Shown: positions 12,911 through 25,884 of the stretch, in pieces
Position numbering within the stretch: position 1 is the stretch's first letter
How the letters are laid out: every line of letters begins with the position of its first letter
DNA from: Eledone cirrhosa
Lineage: Eukaryota
Reading direction: 5' to 3'
DNA length: 64,000 nucleotides
Assembly (NCBI GenBank): GCA_964016885.1
Contig: OZ024744.1
Location: 60,388,001-60,452,000, forward strand
Notes under the pieces: model-generated
Seen by the model: the letters and a program-made list of their open reading frames with translations, nothing else
The model's database searches: none
What the model was told of the DNA's origin: nothing
Translations under genes and position numbers: made by a program

Positions 12911-13078
12911 AAAATAATACTAGAAGGTTAGTTTTTAGGAAGGGTCCAACAGAATGGGACATTAAAAATTTGTAAAATATTAATTGAAAATCCGAGAGAA
13001 AAACGGAGAATTTGAATTCTAGACTGGCATAAATAGAAGTTTAAAACACTGATTATTGAGTCGACTACGGGTAAAACG

Positions 13079-14962
13079 TGTAGCAAGAGTTGCCTCCCTG
13101 GTCATGACAATCTCATCACCGCTCTCATAACAGCCAGATTCTTCTGGCCAAATATGAGGCGCGACATTGCTGCCTGGTGCCGTTCATGCATCGCTTGCCA
13201 GAAATCGAAAATCCATAGACACATCCAGACTCCACTTGGAACTTTCAGTACTCTAGATGCTCGGTTTCAACACATCCACATTGACATCGTTGGACTTTGG
13301 CCATTCAGCAGTGGATATTCATACATATTGACCTGTGTCAATCGTTTTTCGCGATGGCCTGAAGCCATCCCTTTACAAGACATGACTGCTGAGACTGTAG
13401 CACGTGTCCTGGTATCAGGGTGAATTACCCGCTTTGGGGTACCAACTACACTTACCACAGACCGTGGTAGACAATTCGAGTCCCATCTCTTCTCTGAGCT
13501 CACAAAAATAATTGGAGCTCAACGGATTCGGACCACAGCCTATCATCCTGCTTCAAATGGAATGGTGGAACGATTCCACCGCCAATTAAAGGCCGCTCTT
13601 CGCGCCTATCCAGACTCTCAACGTTGGAGCGAGTACCTTCCTATTGTGTTGTTAGGAATTCGGTCATCAATAAAGGAGGACCTTGAGTTCTCCCCGGACG
13701 AATTACTTTACAGTGCTCCTCTAGCGTTGCCTGGGCAAATGCTTGCCCCTGTTGATCTTGCTTTCCAAGATCCGCTTTCCTACGTATCCCGTCTGCGTTC
13801 TTATTTTCAGGACCTGCCGCCGATGGATACGAGGAAACAAACTGTAAAACCTGCGGTCCTGAGGGATATTGCCTCGTGGACCCATGTGTTCGTAAGGAAC
13901 GATGCTGTGAGACCACCCCTCACACAACCATACTCTGGACCCTACCGTGTGTTAGCACGTACTGACAAACATTTCACTGTAGACGTTAAGGGGTCCAGAG
14001 AGACAATTTCGGTGGATAAACTCAAAAGGGCACACAATGACGCTCATACACCCGAGCCACAAATACCCCAATCTTTCTCTCTTGTGCATACACCTGCTCC
14101 TTCTGCCCCATCTTCACCTACATACAAGACTACGACCCGTTCCGGTCGGAGAGTCCACTGGCCCAAAAAGTTCTGCTAAACTATTTTTATGTGAGCTGGC
14201 CACTGGAGCCTTATTTTTTTTTTTTTTTTGCTGTTCTTGTTTTTTATTTATTTATTGTATTACAATGTACCTCTCATTACCATTTCACTGGATGTATATA
14301 TATGTTTTTAGTTTCCTCTTACAACGAACATTTTAAAAGAAATTTGATTTTTTTTTTTACACATTTCGACACGAACACTTATTTTCGCTGAATCTCAACT
14401 ATTGCTTATTCTTTCCACCAAGCTATATTCTTCTATTTGCCGGTTTAAAAATTTACCACGTAAATTTGCCGTTGAAAACTGCGCATTTATTCAGAATGCT
14501 TATTTCTCTGGTCGCTGGCCTCTTGGCCCTTCCAGGTCAACGCATTCACAACATCAACAACAACAACACAGCTTCATCAACAACCAAAACCAGCAGAACA
14601 AGCCAGAGAATTTATTTCTGCAGCACCCTTCCTGTGAGAAATTCCCTTCGTAAGTTGGAAATTTCACGTTATACCACAGACCAGAAACCACCTGCATTCA
14701 TTCTCTGGAACACATTCTTTCCTGCTGTCATGTGATTGCAGACATGTGAACTGTATTTTGAACATTTGAACTCTTCTCTTCCTTTGATTACATTGTATCA
14801 TAATTTTCATGCCTCTTACATGCTCGCCATCTTACTCCACGGGTAATGATTCATTTATATTAATCCCTTTGACTTCTATGAAGTAAAAACATTATCACAA
14901 CACACCGGCATTTATTGTCTTTTATAATAATTTTATATGTACAACGATACTAATCTCCTAAA
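13079..14962 (+). mobile_element. Internally deleted Ty3/Gypsy element (LTR stub + integrase + 3' region), AACG TSD
   Basis: TGTAGC start. Integrase motifs HIHIDIVG, TTDRG and [12 protein letters not shown], plus a GPY module (ORFs 13154..13423, 13562..14179). AACG at 13075-78 and 14963-66 restores the satellite sequence GGGTAAAACGAAAGAC. Confidence 0.88.
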
Positions 14963-16124
14963 AACGAAAGACAAGTATTTTGCTTATATTCTCAAAATCG
15001 ACAGATATTCCGTAAGATAGATTAGATAGATCTATAAATTCTGTCCTTGGGAATCCAGGAAGGTTTATTTTATACTTGCAATCAGACGGGGGGGGGGGGG
15101 TATGAGAGAAGGAGCAAAGTGTTCACAAAATTAGCGACATGCAGGAAGGTTTTTAAATAATTAATTGAAAATCCAAGAGAAAGACGGAGAATTTGAATTC
15201 TAGACTGGCATAAATACAAGTTTAAAACACTGCTTATTGAGTCAAATTTATGGGAAACTTTAGGAGAAGGTTAGTTTTTAGGGGGGGGGGGGGGTCCAAC
15301 AGAATTAGATATATTAAAAATATGTAAAATATTAATTGCAAATCCCAGAGAAAAACGGAGAATTTGAATTCTAGACTGCCATAAATAGAAGTTCAAAACA
15401 CTACTTATTGAGTCAACTTTATGGGTAACTTTAGAAGGTTAGTTTTTAGGATTGGTCCAACAGAATGAGACATTAAAAATATGGAAAATATTAGTAGAAA
15501 ATCCAAGAGAAAAACGGAGAATTTGAATTCTAGACTGGCATAAATAGAAGTGTAAAACACTGCTTATTGAGTCAACTTTATGGGTAACTTTAAGAGAAGG
15601 TTAGATTTTAGGAAGGGTCCACCAGAATGAGTCATATTAAAAATATTAAAAATATTAATTGAAAATCCGAGAGAAAAACGGAGAATTTGAATTTTAGACT
15701 GGCATAAATACAAGTTTAAAACACTGCTTATTGAGTCGAATTTATGGGTAACTTTAGGAGAAGGTTAGTTTTTAGGAAGGGTCCAGCAGAATGAGACATT
15801 AAAAACATGTAAAATATTAATTAAAAGTCCGAGGAAAAAATGGAGAATTTGAATTCTAGACTGGCATAAATAGAAGTTTAAAACACTGATTATTGAGTCG
15901 ATTACGGGTAAAGGAAAGAATTATTTTGCTTACATTCTCAAAATCGATACAAATTCCGTAAGATAGATTAGATAGATCTATAAATTCTGTCCTTGGGAAT
16001 CCAGTAAGATTTATTTTATACTTTCGATCAGACTTGGGGCGGCGATAGGAGAGAATGATCAAAGTGCTTTCAAAGTTGGCGAGCGAGATGCAGGAATGTT
16101 CTAGAATTATTAATTAATAATAAT

Positions 16125-16470
16125 TGTTTCTACTTTAGGCACAAGGCCAGCAATTACCCAGTGCATTACTGGTACTTTATTTTATCGACTCCGTAAGGAT
16201 GAAAGGCAAAGTCAACCTCGGCGGGATTTGAACTCAGATCGGAAAGGGACGTAACTATGCTGGAAAGCATGGCGTCCGACCCTCTACCGATACTGCCACT
16301 ACTTTAGGCACAAGGCCAGCAATTACCAGTACATTACTGGTACTTTATTTTATCGACCTCGTAAGGATGAAAGGCAGAGTTAAGCTCGGCGGGATTTGAA
16401 CTCAGAATGGCAAGGGCAGTAACTCTATGCGTCAAAGCATGGCGTCCAACCCTCTACCGACACTGCCAAT
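16125..16470 (-). mobile_element. Tandem dimer of the Nin/Deu-like SINE
   Basis: Two copies (16125-16298, 16299-16470) at the AATAATAAT site of a B monomer; the second is more diverged. Confidence 0.85.
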
Positions 16471-18590
16471 AATACTAGAAAGATAGTTTTTAGAATGAGA
16501 CACTAAAAATTTGTAAAATATTAATTGAAAATCCGAGAAAAAAAACGGAGAATTTGAATTCTAGACTGGCATAAATAGAAGTTTAAAACTCTGCTTATTG
16601 AGTCGACTTTATGGGTAAAACAAAAGACAAGCATTTTGCTTACATTCTCAAAATCGACAGAACGTCCATAAGATAGATTAGATAGATAGATAAATTCTGT
16701 CCTTGGGAAGCCAGCAAGGTCTATTTCATACTTGCGATCAGACGGGGAGGGGGGATATGAGAGAAGGAGTAAAATGTTTAGAAGGTTAGCGAGCGAAATG
16801 CAGGAAGTTTCTAGAATAATTAATTAATAATAATGCTAGAAGGTTAGTTTTTAGGAAGGGTCCAACAGAATGAGACATTAAAAACATGTAAAATATTAAT
16901 TGAAAGTCCGAGGAAAGAAATGGAGAATTTGAATTCTAAACTGGCATAAATAGAAGTTTAAAACACTGATTATTGAGTCGACTACGGGTAAAAGGAAAGA
17001 ATTATTTTGCTTACATTCTCAAAATCGACAGATATTCCGTAAGATAGATTAGATAGATCTATAAATTCTGTCCTTGGGAAGCCAGCAAGGTTTATTTTAT
17101 ACTTCCGATCAGACGCGGGGCGGCGATATGAGAGATTGAGCAAAATGTTTAGAAGGTTAGCGAGCGAGATGCAGGAATGTTCTAGAATAATTAATTAATA
17201 ATAATAATAGAAGGTTAGTGTTTAGGAATGGTCCAACAGAATGGGACATTAAAAATTTGTAAAATATTAATTGAAAATCCGAGAGAAAAACGGAGAATTT
17301 GACTGGCATAAATAGAATTTTAAACCACTGCTGATTGAGTCGACTACGGGTAAAACGAAAGACAAGTATTTTGCTTACATTCTCAAAATCGACAGATATT
17401 CCGTAAGTTAGATTTGATAGATAGATAAATTCTGTCCTTGGGAAGCCAGCAAGGTTTATTTTATATTTGCGATCAAACGGGTGGGGGGGGGGGGATATAA
17501 GAGAAGGAGCAACGTGTTCACAAAATGAGCGACATTCAGGAAGGTTTTAAAATAATTAATTAATAATAATTGTTTCGAGACTGGCATAAATAGAAAAATA
17601 GAAGTTTAAAACACTGCTTATTGAGTCAACTTTATGGGTAACTTGAGGAGAAGGTTAGTTTTTCGGAAGGGTCCAACAGAATGAGACATTAAAAACATGT
17701 AAAATATTAATTGAAAGTCCGAGGGAAAAAATGGAGAATTTGAATTCTAGACTGGCATAAATAGAAGTTTAAAACACTGCTTATTGAGTCGATTACGGGT
17801 AAAAGGAAAGAATTATTTTGCTTACATTCTCAAAATCGACAGAACGTCCATAAGATAGATTGGATAGATATATAACGGCGGCGAAGATTCGAAACCGAAT
17901 CTGAGCTTTCCCGCCTCTGGGACAAACCGTGGTAACTTGTTTACGCTCAAGAGACTAACCCCTTGGGAGAGGCTAAACACAGGTCAGAGGTATTTACGCC
18001 TGACAGAAAATAGGTCAGAGGATATATCCACCTTTCTGACTTGTTTACGCTTGGCAAACTAATCCCTTGGGAGAGACTAACCAAAGTTCAGAGGATATAT
18101 CTATCCTTCTAACTTCAACTCTTATAAATACAAGGGTTGTTCACGCCCCGACAGAAAGAAATGAGATATAGACAAGACAAGTTGTTTTTACAAGCTCTCG
18201 TCACGAAAAACCAGTCTGCCACTTATTCTCACCTTCCTGGCTGATCGCTGACTCCTGCAATACAAATAAGTAAATATACTGATACGCCGCACACACGCAT
18301 TCATAGTGAGTCCAACATTTGTACACGCACCATTCATTTCTCTTTACACATATTATAATCGTATTCTGTGATACTTGAATTTACGTGGCTCAAAGAGCCA
18401 CCAAATTATTGTATGAATATTTTGTGTCAATTATTTTATCATTCAATATTCAAATTGAATATTGTTGTAATAAAATAAACTTTGTAACAACACACTCCTG
18501 GTATTTTTCTTTACATCGAAACCACCATACCAACAGTTACATCCATCCATCCACTTGTCGTTACAACCACACATAATATTCCGTTACAAC

Positions 18591-18601
18591 TGGTGACCCC
18601 G
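18591..18601 (+). promoter_or_regulatory. Primer-binding site (tRNA-Trp type)
   Basis: TGGTGACCCCG two nt after the LTR end; same motif at 45796 and 52602. Confidence 0.85.
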
Positions 18602-18641
18602 TAAAACAGACACACAACCTTCTGATCATCCACTACAAACG

Positions 18642-19395
18642 ATGTCTCTAGCACACGACGATTCATCTACGGCAGAAATGGCAGTCAGGGCGGCATTAAA
18701 GATTCCACCATTCTGGGTTCACGATCCAACACTGTGGTTCGCGCACATCGAAGCGCAGCTCGCATCGAACCGGATCGTTAGCGAGGCATCCCGTCTCACA
18801 CATCTCATCGGTTCGATGTCTCCGGAGATTATGAATGAGGTTCGAGATCTCATTTTAGCACCACCCGGCTCTGTGTCATATGACACGTTTAAAAGAACAT
18901 TAGTTAAGCGGACGTCGGAGTCGCAGCAGAAGCGTTTGCACCAGCTCCTCATATCGGAGGAATTAGGAGATAAAAAGCCGACGCAACTCCTACGGAGAAT
19001 GAAGCAGCTTCTGGGTGAACTTAAACTTCCGGATGAAATTTTCAAGCAACTCTTCCTCCAGCGTTTACCTTCTGCCACACAAGTTGTACTAGCATCCACA
19101 CAAGTTGTACTTCTATGGAGTCCACTACCATAGAAGAACTCGCCGAGCTGGCAGATAAGATCATGGAGGTACCACATCCGCACTCAACTTTAGCGAATGT
19201 GACGCCAGCCGTGCCTCCCACCAATCCTTTTCTTCAGCTCTCCAGTGCCACAGAGATGCCCGATCTACACCAGTTACTGGCACAGCAGGCATGTGTTGGT
19301 ACCACCAAAGATTCGGGAGACGAGCGCAAAAGTGCAGCCATCCCTGTTAATTTGTTTCGAAAACAAATCAGGGAAACGACACAGCCAGAAACTGA
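18642..19395 (+). pseudogene. gag: gag (frameshifted)
   Basis: LKIPPFWVHDPTLWFAHIEAQ, LGDKKPTQLLRRM, LFLQRLP. CHCC motif CWYHQRFG..AQKCSHPC at ~19295-19346 in an alternate frame. Confidence 0.88.
19371..19377 (+). promoter_or_regulatory. Putative -1 ribosomal frameshift slippery site
   Basis: GGGAAAC at the gag/pol junction; GGAAAC at the equivalent position (~46474) of the related element. Confidence 0.6.
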
Positions 19396-21914
19396 ATGCA
19401 ACAGACGTTTCTGGGCCCTCATAACCAAAGTCGCCTATTTTTCATTCAGGATCGCGTCACAGGCACGCGTTTCCTGGTCGACACCGGTGCTGAAGTGAGC
19501 ATCATCCCGGTTTCCTGCGTTCCTGGAAAAAGGAGAGAGACACCAGCCTGGCTCCAGGCGGTGAATCACTCACATATTCCGACCTACGGAGAACAGTCCC
19601 TGACACTAAATTTGGGACTACGCCGCACTTTCCAGTGGGTATTCGTTGTGGCTAAGCTGCCGACCCCTATTTTAGGAGCTGATTTTCTTCAGCACTTCTC
19701 GCTTCTAGTGGATCTGAAAAACCAACGACTTGTTGACAACTCCACTGATCTCGCTGTGCGCGGCATAGCCGCTAGGGTAGCCACAGTCAGTCCAGTCATT
19801 TCACGATCGACAACAACCCGGCACAACCACATCATCAACAAATACCCAGACGTAACTCGACCACTATTCAACGCTTGCCCTGTAAAACATGACGTCACAC
19901 ACACCATAAAAACACACGGACCACCTGTCGCTGCACGACCTAGAAGGCTACCACCAGACCGGCTGAAGTCCGTCAAACAAGAATTTCAGCACATGCTGGA
20001 TCTCGGCATCATACGTCCGTCCAGCAGCAACTGGTCCTCACCCATTCACTGTGTACCCAAGAAGTCGTCGAACGACTGGCGAATCCCGTGCACTAAACAA
20101 CTGCAGCGTTCCTGACTCTTATCCAGTGTCTCATCTACAGGACTTCTCTAGCTCGCTGCACGGGGCTCGCATATTTTCGAAGATCGATCTTGTGCGAGCT
20201 TACAATCAGATACCCGTTGAGCCCGCAGATATTCCGAAGACCGCTGTCACAACACCCTTTGGAATGTTCGAATTTCTGCGTATGCCTTTCGGTTTGCGAA
20301 ATGCAGCGCAGACATTCCAGCGATTCATCGGTACAATCACCAGAGGTCTACCTTTTGTATACGCATACATTGACGACTTACTGGTGGCCAGCAGCTCCGA
20401 TGAAGGACATGAGAAACACCTGGATCTCCTATTCACACGTTTGCGTGAATACGGAATTGTTATCAACCCCAGCAAATGTGAGTTCGGAGTTGCGTCCCTT
20501 CATTTTCTGGGACACATCATTGACAAAGATGGTATTCGCCCACTTAAGGAGAAAGTCAAATCCATCATTGATTTTCCACAACCTACATCTCTCCGCAAAC
20601 TGCGAGAATTTCTTGGCCTGGTAAACTTCTACAGAAGATTTATACCCCACTGTGCAGAGACAGCCCAACCACTCACAGATTTGCTGCGGCAGCGTACAAC
20701 CAAAAACGCAAACATCAAGCTCAGCGAAAAAGAATGTACCGCTTTCGCTGAGTTGAAGAAAATGTTGTCCGAGGCTACAATGTTGAGTTACCCCAAACCT
20801 GACGCCCCAATGTGTTTATTGACTGATGCATCCGATTTCGGAGTTGGAGGTGTGCTTCAACAACTCTCTGGCGATATTTGTCGACCTGTATCTTTTCTCT
20901 CTAAGCGATTAAAACTCGCCGAAGTACAGCACATTCAGTCGTGGATTATTGGCAGCATACCTTGCTGTCAAGCATTTTCGACTCATGCTAGAGGGTCGGG
21001 TGTTCTCTATATACACCGACCACAAACCACTAGTGTACGGGTTCAACGCCAAGCCTGACCGACACTCACCCAGGGAGGTCCGACATCTGGACTTCATTTC
21101 TCAGTACACTACTGATATTCGGAACATTAAGGGTGCCACCAACTCAGCAGCTGATGCCCTATCGCGCATGGAGCTTAACGCAATCCACACCACTGCCACT
21201 TTCGACCTCCAGAGGATTGCAGCGGATCAATAGAATGACGAGGAACTGCTGCAACTCCGGAAATCGTCCTTGAAATCATTTATCAAGGCTTACGAAGACT
21301 CCACTAACTGGTTCGAATACCTCCCACTCATTCTTCTTGGTATTCGTTCCACTGTTAAGGAGGGAGTCGGACATTCTCCGGCTGAAATGGTGTATGGCAC
21401 CGTACTCACTCTACCCGAACAAATGATTGCTCCTGTTTCGCCACAAGAACTTCCAGACCCTACAAAATATGTGCACCGTTTACGGTCATCGATGTCGCAT
21501 CTGTCTCCTTCAGCCCCTAAACAACAGCACGTTACTTCACACATACCAAAAGACATCGATACATGGACGCATGTTTTCGTTAGAAATGACGGTATTCCAT
21601 CGCAATTTCGTCCGCCGTATTCCGGGCCCTATAAGGTGATACAGAAATGTCCTAAGTATTTCGCCCTCGACTTGAACGGGAAACGAAATACCGTCTCCAT
21701 TGATCGTTTAAAAAAAGCGTTCATAGAACAGGAATTGCCACCAGTACCCACCGTTTCTCCAGCAGACTCACCAACAACTTTGCCCGACACAAACACGGCG
21801 TATTCTGCACAACCCCGATACACCAAATCCGGAAGAACAGTCCGATGGCCCACGCGATACGTACAAGTTTATCGGGTAAGTACAAATTATGCATCTGGTC
21901 GACATTTCGGCTAA
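19396..21914 (+). pseudogene. pol: pol (protease, RT, RNase H, truncated integrase)
   Basis: [56 protein letters not shown]; several frameshifts. Confidence 0.92.
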
Positions 21915-23324
21915 TTTGTACATTTCAACGAATCGGCCAATTTCTGTGGTCATGAACTATTGCTACACACAAATCAATTAACTCTGTGCATCACCCACAT
22001 CAAAAGAACAGACAAAAGAACATTTTTCCGTTTCTATGAAATGAACGAACTTTTAATCAACAAACTCTTCATACGAACATTTTCAATTTTATGTAACATC
22101 ACAGTACATTTTCCTGCATGTAAATTTCTTTTGCTTTGCATGGTTTCGTTCAAGCCTCCTGTTTGTAAATGACTTTCATGTGTTTTATAATTTTTACTGA
22201 TTTTCTTCAACAACACACCTAGTCAAACCTATCTTCATTTCACATGCACCTAGATCGTTCAATCTTAGCTTTCTCACTGGAGGGGGGTACTATAACGGCG
22301 ACGAAGATTCGAAACCGAATGGAGAATTTGAATTCTAGACTGGCATAAATAGAAGTTTAAAACACTGATTATTGAGTCGATTACGGGTAAAAGGAAAGAA
22401 TTATTTTGCTTACATTCTCAAAATCGACAGAACGTCCATAAGATAGATTGGATAGATATATAACGGCGGCGAAGATTCGAAACCGAATCTGAGCTTTCCC
22501 GCCTCTGGGACAAACCGTGGTAACTTGTTTACGCTCAAGAGACTAACCCCTTGGGAGAGGCTAAACACAGGTCAGAGGTATTTACGCCTGACAGAAAATA
22601 GGTCAGAGGATATATCCACCTTTCTGACTTGTTTACGCTTGGCAAACTAATCCCTTGGGAGAGACTAACCAAAGTTCAGAGGATATATCTATCCTTCTAA
22701 CTTCAACTCTTATAAATACAAGGGTTGTTCACGCCCCGACAGAAAAGAAGTGAGATACAGACAAGACAAGTTGTTTTTACAAGCTCTCGTCACGAAAAAC
22801 CAGTCTGCCACTTATTCTCACCTTCCTGGCTGATCGCTGACTCCTGCAATACAAATAAGTAAATATACTGATACGCCGCACACACGCATTCATAGTGAGT
22901 CCAGCATTTGTACACGCACCATTCATTTCTCTTTACACATATTATAATCGTATTCTGTGATACTTGAATTTACGTGGCTCAAAGAACCACCAAATTATTG
23001 TATGAATATTTTGTGCCAATTATTTTATCATTCAATATTCAAATTGAATATTGTTGTAATAAAATAAACTTTGTAACACAATCCTGGTATTTTCCTTTAC
23101 ATCGAAACCACCATACCAACAGTTACATCCATCCATCCACTTATCGTTACAACCACACATAATATTCCGTTACAGATAGATAAATTCTGTCCTTGCGAAG
23201 CCAGCAAGGTCTATTACATACTTGCGATCAGACGGGGAGGGGCGATATGAGAGAAGGAGTAAAATGTTTAGAAGGTTAGCCAGCGAAATGCAGGAAGTTT
23301 CTAGAATTATTAATTAATAATAAT

Positions 23325-23499
23325 TGTTTCTACATTAGGCACAAGGCCAGCAAATACCCAGTGCATTACTGGTACTTTATTTTATCGACCCCGTAAGGAT
23401 GAAAGGCAAAGTCAACCTCGGCGGGATTTGAACTCAGATCGTAAAGGGACGTAACTATGCTGAAAGCATGGCGTCCGACCCTCTACCGATACTGCCAAT
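23325..23499 (-). mobile_element. Nin/Deu-like SINE in satellite B monomer
   Basis: Same family and same site as 12727; slightly 5'-truncated. Confidence 0.88.
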
Positions 23500-24224
23500 A
23501 CTAGAAGGTTAGTTTTTACGAATGGTCCAAGAGAATAAGACATTAAAAATATGGAAAATATTAATATAAAATCCAAGAGAAAAACGGAGAATTTGAATTC
23601 TAGACTGGCATAAGTAGAAGTGTAAAACACTGCTTATTGAGTCAACTTTATGGGTAACTTTAAGAGATGGTTAGATTTTAGGAAGGGTCCAACAGAATTA
23701 GATATATTAAAAATATGTAAAATATTAATTGAAAATCCAACAGAAAAACGGAGAATTTGAATTCTAGACTGGCATAAATACAAGTTTAAAACACTGCTGA
23801 TTGATTCAACTTTATGGGTAACTTCAGGAGAAGGTTAGTTTTTCGGAAGGCTCCAACAGAATGAGACATTAAAAACATGTAAAATATTAATTAAAAACAT
23901 GTAAAATATTAATTGAAAGTCCGAGGAAAAAAATGGAGAATTTGAATTCTAGACTGGCATAAATAGAAGTTTAAAACACTGATTATTGAGTCGACTACGG
24001 GTAAAAGGAAAGAATTATTTTGCTTACATTCTCAAAATCGACAGATATTCCGTAAGATAGATTAGATAGATAGATAAATTCTGTCCTTGGGAAGCCAGCA
24101 AGGTTTATTTTATACTTTCGATTAGACGGGGAGGGGGGGGGGGGATATGAGAGAATGAGCAAAATGTTTAGAAGGTTAGCGAGCGAGATGCAGGAATGTT
24201 CTAGAATAATTAATTAATAATAAT

Positions 24225-24270
24225 TGTTTCTACTTTAGGCACAAGGTCAGCAATTACCCCGTGCATTACT
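24225..24270 (-). mobile_element. 46-bp 3' stub of the Nin/Deu-like SINE
   Basis: TGTTTCTACTTTAGGCACAAGG..GCATTACT joined to AGAAGG through a TACT microhomology. Confidence 0.8.
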
Positions 24271-25884
24271 AGAAGGTTAGTTTTTAGGAAGGGTCCAACA
24301 GAATGAAACATATTATTAAAAACGGAGAATTTGAATTCTTGACTGGCATAAATAGAAGTTTAAAACACTGCTGATTGAGTCAACTTGATGGGTAACTTTA
24401 AGAGAAGGTTAGCTTCTAGGAAGGGTCCAAAAGAATGAGACATATTATTAAAAACATGTAAAATATTACTTGAAAATCCGAGAGGAAACCGGACAATTTG
24501 AATTCTAGACTGGCATAAATAGAAGTTTAAAACCCTGCTTATTGAGTCAATTTTATGGGTAACTTTAGGAGAAGGTTAGTTTTTAGGAAAGGTCAAACAG
24601 AATGAAATATATTCTTAAAAATATATAAAATATTAAGTGTAAATCCGAGAGAAAAACGGAGAATTTGAATTCTAGACTGGCATAAATAGAAATTTAAAAC
24701 ACTGCTTATTTGAGTCGACTATGGGTAAAAGGATAGACAAGTATTTTGCTTACATTCTCAAAATCACCAGATATTCCGTAAGATAGATTAGATAGATCTA
24801 TAAATTCTGTCCTTGGGAAGCCAGCAAGATTTATTTTATACTTTCGATTAGACGGGGAGGGGGTGGGGTATGAGAGAATGAGCAAAATGTTTAGAAGGTT
24901 AGCGAGCGAGATGCAGGAATGTTCTAGAATAATTAATTAATAATAATACTAGAAGGTTAGTTTTTAGGAAGGGTCCACCAGAATGAGACATTAAAAATAT
25001 GTGAAGTATTAATTGAAAATCCAAGATAAAACCGGAGAATTTGTATTCTAGACTGGCATGAATACAAGTGTAAAACACTGCTTATTGAGTCAACTTTATG
25101 GGTAACTTTATGGGAAGGTTAGTTTTTAGGATTGGTCCAACAGAATGAGACATTAGAAATATGGAAAATATTAATAGAAAATCCAAGAGAAAAACGGAGA
25201 ATTTGAATTCTAGACTGGCATAAGTAGAAGTGTAAAACACTGCTTATTGTGTCAACTTTATGGGTAACTTTAGGAGAAGGTTAGTTTTTAGGAAGGGTCC
25301 AACAGAATGAGACATTATTAAAAACATGTAAAATATTAATTGAAAATCCGAGAGAATAACGGAGAATTTGAATTCTAGACTGGCATAAATAGAAATTTAA
25401 AACACTGCTTATTGAGTCGACTACAGGTAAAAGGATACACAAGTATTTTGCTTACATTCTCAAAATCAACAGATATTCCGTAAGATAGATTAGATAGATA
25501 GATAAATTCTGTCCTTGGGAAGCCAGCAAGGTTTATTTTATACTTGCGATCAGACGGGGTGGTTATGATATGAGAGAAGGAGCAAAGTCTTTACAAAGTT
25601 AGCGAGCGAGATGCAGGAATGTTCTAGAATAATTAATTAATAATAATACTAGAAGGTTAATTTTTAGGAAGGGACCAACAGAATCAGACATATTATTAAA
25701 AACATGTAAAATATTAATTGAAAATCCGAGAGTAAAACGCAGAATTTGAATTCTAGACTGGCATGAATAGAAGTTTAAAACTCTGCTGATTGAGTCGACT
25801 ACGGGTAAAACGAAAGACAAGTATTTTGCTTACATTCTCAAAATCGACAGATCGTCCGTAAGATAGATTAGATAGATAGATATC

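Larger units (their letters stand above)
17871..23174 (+). mobile_element. Ty3/Gypsy LTR retrotransposon, CsRN1-like clade, defective; GATA TSD
   Basis: LTRs 17871-18588 and 22459-23174; PBS 18591; PPT ~22279-22287; GATA at 17867-70 and 23175-78; gag-PR-RT-RH order with integrase core deleted near 21269. Confidence 0.95.
10038..25882. repeat. Satellite array of ~162-bp (A) and ~360-bp (B) related monomers, interrupted by transposons
   Basis: Shared core AAAATATTAATTGAAAATCCGAGAGAAAAACGGAGAATTTGAATTCTAGACTGGCATAAATAG recurs at 10038/10200 (A spacing) and ~11731/12090 (B spacing). B adds a (GATA)n tract, a G-run and AATTAATAATAAT. Confidence 0.95.

Noticed and set aside
10038-25882. CRISPR-like repeat-spacer appearance of the recurring GAATTTGAATTCTAGACTGGC motif
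   Set aside because: The intervening sequences are themselves repeated, there are no cas-like ORFs, and the context is eukaryotic satellite.
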